Source: Eledone cirrhosa (lineage: Eukaryota). Taken from it: a stretch of DNA of 64,000 nucleotides. Of the stretch, positions 56,581-64,000 are shown piece by piece (the stretch's first letter is position 1; every line of letters begins with the position of its first letter). The stretch lies in the NCBI GenBank assembly GCA_964016885.1, contig OZ024745.1, positions 26,598,001 to 26,662,000 of the forward strand. The letters are read 5' to 3'. The notes below the pieces were generated by a model, which was not told the origin of the DNA, did no database searches, and saw only the letters and a list, made by a program, of their open reading frames with translations. A program made the position numbers and the translations under genes.

Positions 56581-56663
56581 TATATATATATGCGTATATA
56601 TGTACGTATGCAAGTATTATATAAATATATGTGTGTGTGTGTATACACACACACACTCTCTCT

Positions 56664-56695
<32 letters not shown>

Positions 56696-56889
56696 TATAT
56701 ATATATATATACATCCTCTCGATTTATTTACGAAGCGTCGGAATATTTGAAATTTGAGAATATTGTCAGCCAATGCTGACGATAGTCATATTTGATAACT
56801 ATCAAAGTTAGATGTTTCAGCTATCATTTACAGTTATCAACTCTTTTTATAGTTATTCGCATTTTGGCAACGATACGCTCTCTCTCTCG

Positions 56890-57007
<118 letters not shown>

Positions 57008-57184
57008 GAGGTGAGAGAGAGAAATATGTAAATTCCTGGCTGCGGCGCCAAACGGTTTTGGCTTTTGTCACCGATGTCGAAATTTTGCTCATCTCTATCT
57101 ATACCCACTCAGAATCTTCCCATGTACTCCCATGATTAGTCACAGCACTGAAGACTCTCTCACTCTCTCAGTCTCTCTCTCTCC

Positions 57185-57238
<54 letters not shown>

Positions 57239-57873
57239 AGGATGAATATAAAATGAAAGTGCTTTTGTTAAAAAAGGAATTTATTAGGTATTGACATATG
57301 TTTCTGTAACAGACCGAATACCTATGTATCGCTGCTTGCGTAATCATATAATGTTAGCAAGTATTCGATAGCAAATGTATAATCAGTTGTCACTTCTTCA
57401 GAGATTTTGGATAAACTGGATAAAATCAGAAAAATTGAAGTATTATATTAGTAAAAGAGGAAGGAACAGAGGGGATAGAATATGACAGATGGTAAAATAA
57501 TTTACTGCTAAACAAGTATATAATGGGTTTTTAATGAGAATACCATGAGTAAATCTAAATAAGAATTTTGTGAGTGCCAATTTTAATCTCTACTTGACCA
57601 ACTGGACAGTGGACAGGGCTGGTCATTTGGTGCAGTAGTATTAACTATAAAGTGTCAATTGGGGAAGGGGGAGATTTCGATTGCTACTAAATAACATCAA
57701 TGCTAGTATCCAGCTGGTATATGCACTAGGGAATTGAATCAAGAAATCAGAAATCTCATTTTATCTATAGCAGTTTGTATTAAAAGGTAAATAATAGAAG
57801 AGTTGATAGAATTAAGACTAATAAAGAATGTTCATATCTATTTTGACAATAAAACGGGGATAGAGACAGGCGT

Positions 57874-60026
57874 TCAATCCTGGTAGTATTTATAATATGA
57901 AAATGTAGATTTTAAGCGATGGTTACAGTATAACGATCGCTCTATTCTGTTATTTAATAAAATGTTTTTGGATTTCATAATACAAAATAATTCTACATTA
58001 CATAATTTACAAAATTCCTGTCCATTGGAATATGGGGGGGGGGGGGGGGGGGGGGCAGCCGCTATTATATCCCATTTTAGGTGAAATTGTTGGTTATTTT
58101 CACGCAGCTGCCAAGCCTTGTCTGCGAGTGTTGTTACATAACGCTGGTTTTCATGTTTTATCGAATAACGATGTCTTATAAAGGCGTGATTTGAAGGAGG
58201 TGGCTGTAGATCCCACATAGTACCACTTCTGTCTATCCGATTCGATAGTACATTTGTATACGATGTTGCGTTCAAGACACTGATTGTTCAACGGACACAT
58301 TCCTGGTTGGACACAGTTGCAATTACAATTTTGCGTTGTTGTATTGCCATGGATGGGTTGATGAGGTTGCTTATGTAGGACAGGATGTTGTTTGTTGTTT
58401 TGTGATGTTATAGCTAATGTTTTACGTGTATTGTTATGTGTTGGAAGGCGTTTATACAACCGTTTTGCGTTAAGCTTTTTTATATGTTGTTCAATATTAG
58501 GGGCGGTTGAATATGAAAGTCGAATAGTGTTAGGGTTTAAGATTTTATTATATTTATGTGATGTTGGAAAGTGTTTTCTAACTAATCGAAAGAATTTTGA
58601 GGGTAGATTGGTTTTAATAGATTTGTTATAGACCGGGTTGTACCAGATATACTCCTTACATCGCCTTCTGTTTGGTGGTGTGCGACTATTATTGTGTCTA
58701 TTGCGGTAGTGTATGTATGGTGGTGATTCTGTGCTATTTCTACTCCTATGCGATTTATTTTGGGTGTTTTGGTGATCATTGACTATATACTCTATATTAT
58801 CTAGGTGACCGGCTTTCCTAAGTGCATCATCATAATACTCGGCATGTTCTTTGAAGGTTTGTTGGTTGGACGATAGGCGGGAGATTCTAAGAGAAACATA
58901 TCTAGGGATGGATTTAATTATAGAGAGTGGATGGTTAGAACTCGTATTTACATATTTAAGGTTCTCATTTAGTTTATGGAACGGTTTAATCGTATCTGTA
59001 TTGAGATTGAAAGTAACATCAAGGAAATTGACCTCTTTGAGGTTATATTCAAATGTAATATTTAATCCTAGTTCTTTAAAAAGTTTTCTGATATTTTTAC
59101 GTATCCTTTCTAAATTCTGGTTATTCATATGCTTAACTAATAGGAGCGCATCGTCACGGTAAATTCCACCGTGGAGATCCTTGAATTTTCCTTGTAATCT
59201 GTGGGTGATATAAATTCCCACAAGATCTGTTACTTCCGCCGAATCATTAGAACCCATAGTGATATCAAAATTAGAAGGTCTATCTTTGCGAACCCAGTAG
59301 CTATCATCGAATTTAACTATAGTTTTTCTCGCTTCCATAATAATTTTAATTTCAGCATCCGTAAGGTCGGAATTATCCTTAGCGAACGAAAGAGCTTCAT
59401 GTAGAGTATCAGGTGAAATTGAGGAATAATATTCATCAATATCAAACTGAATAAATTTTGATTTTTTCTTATCAGTAATGTTGTTAAACCATCTTATTGC
59501 TTCATGAGTGTTACCCCATAGTTTAATCTCTACTTTAACCTTAACTTGGGGGATAATTATGTCTAGTATATATTTGCTAATTTTACCTATATCAGATTTA
59601 GAGGGGCATATAAGTCTAATATTAGGGTTAGTATCGAAGTTTACCTTGTGGTCCTTCAGGTTGAAGGATGGTATAGCTGGTGTTAAGGGTTGCGTTCTAT
59701 CGTCAATACAAAGTTTTTTAACAATATCACATGCCGAGTTGTTGATGTTTTTAAGTGTGGCTTCATTAGTTTTCCTGTATTTTTTATGCAATTCCTTACG
59801 GATGAAGTTATTGTAAGTGTCCACATCCATGGTATATACGTTTGATGTTTTGTCTGCTCTAACAATAATTCCATTGGCGTTTTTTAGATTATTGAGCAGT
59901 GCCGTGATGTCATTCTGTAGTTTATTGTTTTTACGTTTTGTAAATTTGATCTCCATGATCATATCCATTAGGTCTTGTTCAAATGCATCCAAAAGTGGGT
60001 TTGAGGGTGGGTTCTTGTAAGATTTA
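57874..60026 (-). pseudogene. PLE RT plus GIY-YIG ORF, 5'-truncated, with one frameshift near 58183
   Basis: ADKT, FIQFDIDEYYSSI, FDITMGSNDSAEVTDLVG, GIYRDD, NFLDVTFNL and CNC..CPL..C..NIVY..YYVGST. It continues in the 57874 frame as LKWDII..CKLC..LLN..CNH. Confidence 0.92.
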
Positions 60027-60646
60027 AATGGACAGGAATTTTGTAAATTATGTAATGTAGAATTATTTTGTATTATGAAATCCAAAAACATTTTATTAAA
60101 TAACAGAATAGAGCGATCGTTATACTGTAACCATCGCTTAAAATCTACATTTTCATATTATAAATACTACCAGGATTGAACGCCTGTCTCTATCCCCGTT
60201 TTATTGTCAAAATAGATATGAACATTCTTTATTAGTCTTAATTCTATCAACTCTTCTATTATTTACCTTTTAATACAAACTGCTATAGATAAAATGAGAT
60301 TTCTGATTTCTTGATTCAATTCCCTAGTGCATATACCAGCTGGATACTAGCATTGATGTTATTTAGTAGTAATCGAAATCTCCCCCTTCCCCAATTGACA
60401 CTTTATAGTTAATACTACTGCACCAAATGACCAGCCCTGTCCACTGTCCAGTTGGTCAAGTAGAGATTAAAATTGGCACTCCCAAAATTCTTATTTAGAT
60501 TTACTCATGGTATTCTCATTAAAAACCCATTATATACTTGTTTAGCAGTAAATTATTTTACCATCTGTCATATTCTATCCCCTCTGTTCCTTCCTCTTTT
60601 ACTAATATAAATACTTCAATTTTTCTGATTTTATCCAGTTTATCCG

Positions 60647-60769
60647 AAATCTCTGAAGAAGTGACAACTGATTATACATTTGCTATCGAATACTTGCTAA
60701 CATTATATGATTACGCAAGCAGCGATACATAGGTATTCGGTCTGTTACAGAAACATATGTCAATACCTA
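60647..60769 (+). ncRNA. HHR-like motif with ~90-nt stem II in the pLTR (mirror copy at 57293-57401, minus)
   Basis: CTGAAGA-a-gtgaca[long hairpin]tgttac-a-GAAA-C-ATAT-G-TC. Canonical stem I pairing is poor. Confidence 0.55.
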
Positions 60770-60922
60770 ATAAATTCCTTTTTTAACAAAAGCACTTTCA
60801 TTTTATATTCATCCTTTCTACATTTCTCCGGAATATAATTTATACTCGTTGAGCAAACCTGCACGTACGCTGTTCATCTCTAACGTAACGATATATTATC
60901 ACTACATTATTGATAACCTGAA

Positions 60923-60987
<65 letters not shown>

Positions 60988-61203
60988 TAAACGGAATAGA
61001 AAATGCTGACAAATTGTTCACAGTTGAAAAATGGTTTAATTAGGAATAAAAGAGTATTAGTGATTGTATGGGTTAGTATTCAGTTGTGGTTTTAAGTTTT
61101 AAAGTTTTTACCGGTTGCGCTTTTCTAAATGCTTTTCAAAAATAATTTTGAGAGAGAGTGTCCGTGTTGTTTGCCCTGATATGATTAGTTTTGGGAATTC
61201 TAC

Positions 61204-61451
61204 CTGTTTTTATGTTTAAAAAAATGGCTCCAGCGTTACTTTGGTGTTGCAAAAATTCTTGTGGTCAAAACAATTTTGATTGGTCGGTAGAGGTCATGTG
61301 AATGTAAAAAATTGATTTTGCGCCAAGACTGTTTTTATGTTAAAAAAGTGGCTCCAGCGCTATTTGGTGTTTGCAAAAATTCTTGTGGTCAAAACAATTT
61401 TGATTGGTCGGTAGAGGTCGTGTGAATAAAAAATTGGTTTTGCGCCAAGAT
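61204..61451. repeat. Tandem duplication of ~125 bp, probably in the 3' UTR of the adjacent PLE
   Basis: ctgtttttatgtt..ggctccagcg..ttttgcgccaaga occurs twice. Confidence 0.9.
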
Positions 61452-61565
61452 TGAGAAATGACTCTTTCACAACAAATATGTGTGTGTGTGTGTGTGTAGT
61501 AGTAATAAGGTGTTCGATGTTGTGATAATGGTTAGCAGGAATGTGTGTCAAATGGCTATTAAGAT

Positions 61566-61690
<125 letters not shown>

Positions 61691-61857
61691 GCAGAGGAAT
61701 TCGTGGTAGCAGGGATGGTCAGTAAGAATGTGTCTGAAAGCAGTGGGGAGTATTTTAGCATGTCAAAAGATATTTTTCAGCTTTTGTCTTATACGGAGAA
61801 GTGCGTGTGTGTGTGTGTGTGTATAAGTCTCTTTGTATGTTAATGTACGCGTGTGTA

Positions 61858-61891
<34 letters not shown>

Positions 61892-62039
61892 GGTGGACCA
61901 GTATTTTTTCCCCCCTGGTAAAATGGTGTACATTATTCGATTTTTTCAGTAAAATCGGTTCTCTTAATAGAACATCAAAAATCTTAACAATAAAAGGTGT
62001 GAAATGATATTCACTACATATATATACACCTACATATAT

Positions 62040-62083
<44 letters not shown>

Positions 62084-62201
62084 TTTTTCTGTGTTGCACC
62101 ATAGAGCATGTGTGTTTACGTATGTCATTGTGTTTATATGTGGGTGGAGATGTGTGCTGATGTAGGTATGTATGATAACGTGTGTATGTTGTGGGTTCGT
62201 C

Positions 62202-64000
62202 TTAGGGAGGAGTGTTTAGACGGGGTCCGTATTTGTTAATGAAGTAAGATTCCTTGCTGATGCGCTGGGTGTGGGTGGCATTATCTTTAAATTTGTAGAG
62301 GGGAAAGATTCTGAAGTTGGGATGATTTGGGACGGCACAGGTATCAATGTGTTCACTCAGTGGTATTTTCCTGTATTCCCGTATTTTAATTTGGGATCTA
62401 TGGACAGTCATGCGTTGGCGGAGGCTGTTTTTGGTCTGGCCTATGTATTGTTCTCGACAACCTGAGCAAGTTAATACATATATTAGATTTTCCGATGCAC
62501 ATGTGAAATTGTGTTTTACTATAAAACGTTGTCCATCTTTGAAATAGAATTCTGAACCCTCTATTAGGTTGATGCAAATGCCACAGTTGGGTCTATCGCA
62601 TTTTTTTACTGTGGGTTTCGTTGTTGTGGTTGGCAGTACTTTGGCATGTGTTAGGATGTTTTTCATTGACTTGGATTGTCTTTTGCTCTTTATGATATCG
62701 TGTGTTCGTAGAATTTGGTTCATTCTATGGTCCTTTTTCAACACAGGGATGTTCTGGAGGATGGTGTCAAAGGCCTCATTGTTGAAAGGGTTGTGTGTGG
62801 AGATGTATGGAAGAGCTTTTAGTTTCGGTTGATTTACTTTAGGGGATCTAAGGTCCTGGGTACTGAGTTTTAGGGAACGTTGGATTCCATTGTCAATTAG
62901 TGATGCAGGGTAGTCCCTGCCTATGAGTGTGTCCTTTAGTTCTTGTAGCTGTAAGTAGTAGATGTTTTTATTGGAGACTATAGTACAGATTCTCTTGGCT
63001 AAGTTGTAGGGAATATTAATTTTAACGTGTCTAGGGTGGCAAGAGTTGAAGGAGAGATATTGCTTGGAGTCTGTGGGCTTGTAGTATATGTCTGTTTCTA
63101 TTTTTTTGTTATGGATCTTAATGAGGATGTCGAGGAAGGGGAGTTGTTGATGGCTGTATTCCATCGTGAAGTTAATATTCGTGTTGAGCCCATTTATAAG
63201 GGTGTGAAATTCTTTAAGTTTTTCGATGTTTTCGTGCCAAAGGATGAAGCAGTCATCTAGATATCGCTTCCAGTTCCTTTCAATGTGTAAGTGGAGGGTG
63301 TTTCCAAATTTGTTTAGGACTTTAGTGTAGAGGGTGATTTCCAGGTATCCCATGACTAGGTTGGCATAAGTGGGGGCTGTTTTCGTTCCCATAGCGGTCC
63401 CAGATTTCTGCCTGTAGGGTTTGTTATTGAAAACGAAGTAATTGTTCTCCAAGATAAATTTGAGTCCCTCTATCACGAATTCTTTTTTGATGCGTTGTGG
63501 GAGTTCATTGTGGAAATTATCCAGCCAGAATTGGATAGCTTCTATTCCTAGGTTGTGGGGGATGTTGGAGTATAGGTTGACTACATCGAACGTCACTAGT
63601 AGGGTTTGTTCAGAAAGTGGCATATTAGGGAGGTGATTGAGCATATCTAGGTCGTCCCTTATATAGCTTTTGATGTGTTTGAGGAAGGGTTTAAGAAGGG
63701 TATCAATGAAGTTGCTAAGACGGTGCGTTTCGCAAGCGGGGCCTGCTATTATAGGTCTTAATTTGAGATCATTGGGTGAGGGGACATTGATGACTATGTC
63801 TGTGGCTTCCTTGCATGCCTTACTTATTGATTCGCTTTTATGTACTTTAGGGATACCGTAGAAGAGGCTGAATTTACTTGTGAAGTCTGTGATGAAGCTG
63901 AATTCCTTGTTAGTGAGTCCTTCTTTGTATTGGTTGATTAGAGTTTTTAGGTTTCTCATAATTTTCTGTTGATTGTAGTGTTCAGCCTTTTCGTAGTATG
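62202..64000 (-). CDS. Penelope-like element polyprotein (RT, Cys-rich linker, GIY-YIG endonuclease), Neptune-like; open to the window edge
   Basis: FYGIPKVHK, LRPIIAG, LVTFDVVNLY, GTAMGT..APTYANL, RYLDD, PFLD, YYKPTD, CDRPNCGIC, NLIY..C..C..QYIGQT, R..VH. The frame has no stop from 63959 up to the window edge. Confidence 0.95.
   Translation of the reverse strand, partial: YYEKAEHYNQQKIMRNLKTLINQYKEGLTNKEFSFITDFTSKFSLFYGIPKVHKSESISKACKEATDIVINVPSPNDLKLRPIIAGPACETHRLSNFIDTLLKPFLKHIKSYIRDDLDMLNHLPNMPLSEQTLLVTFDVVNLYSNIPHNLGIEAIQFWLDNFHNELPQRIKKEFVIEGLKFILENNYFVFNNKPYRQKSGTAMGTKTAPTYANLVMGYLEITLYTKVLNKFGNTLHLHIERNWKRYLDDCFILWHENIEKLKEFHTLINGLNTNINFTMEYSHQQLPFLDILIKIHNKKIETDIYYKPTDSKQYLSFNSCHPRHVKINIPYNLAKRICTIVSNKNIYYLQLQELKDTLIGRDYPASLIDNGIQRSLKLSTQDLRSPKVNQPKLKALPYISTHNPFNNEAFDTILQNIPVLKKDHRMNQILRTHDIIKSKRQSKSMKNILTHAKVLPTTTTKPTVKKCDRPNCGICINLIEGSEFYFKDGQRFIVKHNFTCASENLIYVLTCSGCREQYIGQTKNSLRQRMTVHRSQIKIREYRKIPLSEHIDTCAVPNHPNFRIFPLYKFKDNATHTQRISKESYFINKYGPRLNTPP

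Larger units (their letters stand above)
57234..60927 (-). mobile_element. Young Naiad-type Penelope-like element with ~793-bp inverted pseudo-LTR arms (57234-58026 / 60027-60820), inserted in (TA)n
   Basis: The arms differ at only a few positions by eye. RT-EN ORF between them and (TA)n on both sides. Confidence 0.93.

Noticed and set aside
56760-56810. CTGACGA hammerhead-like core; similar isolated cores at ~34189 and ~43493
   Set aside because: No correctly placed GAAA, stem III and stem I.
57234-58400. Selenoprotein/SECIS in the Naiad element
   Set aside because: All conserved Cys positions are sense codons, and no properly spaced AUGA-AA-GA hairpin was seen.

Overview
This is AT-rich, microsatellite-saturated eukaryotic DNA with no recognisable host exon, so it is intergenic or a large intron. 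About 16 copies of a tRNA-derived CORE-type SINE and the repeat landscape point to an octopus or other cephalopod (inference). Most ORFs in the track are translations of (TA)n, (CA)n, (GA)n or (GGT)n repeats. The real coding content is retroelement-derived. It includes five Penelope-like elements (PLEs): an uninterrupted RT+GIY-YIG ORF running off the right edge, a deleted relative of it, two Naiad-type copies and one further RT fragment. There are also R4/Dong-like, CRE-like, Tx1-like and RTE remnants, mariner-type MITEs and a non-autonomous Helitron. The main discovery is a shared architecture in eight inserts from about seven families, 0.16-3.7 kb long. Each sits in or against (TA)n and consists of two divergent inverted arms of unequal length. 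Six of the eight carry type-I hammerhead ribozyme (HHR) motifs. In total about 13 intact or degenerate HHR motifs were found by eye, several with a very long stem II. One insert is a ~320-nt retrozyme-like monomer. This suggests a (TA)n-targeting PLE plus non-autonomous ribozyme-element system. All folds and alignments were done by eye, and no database searches were run.
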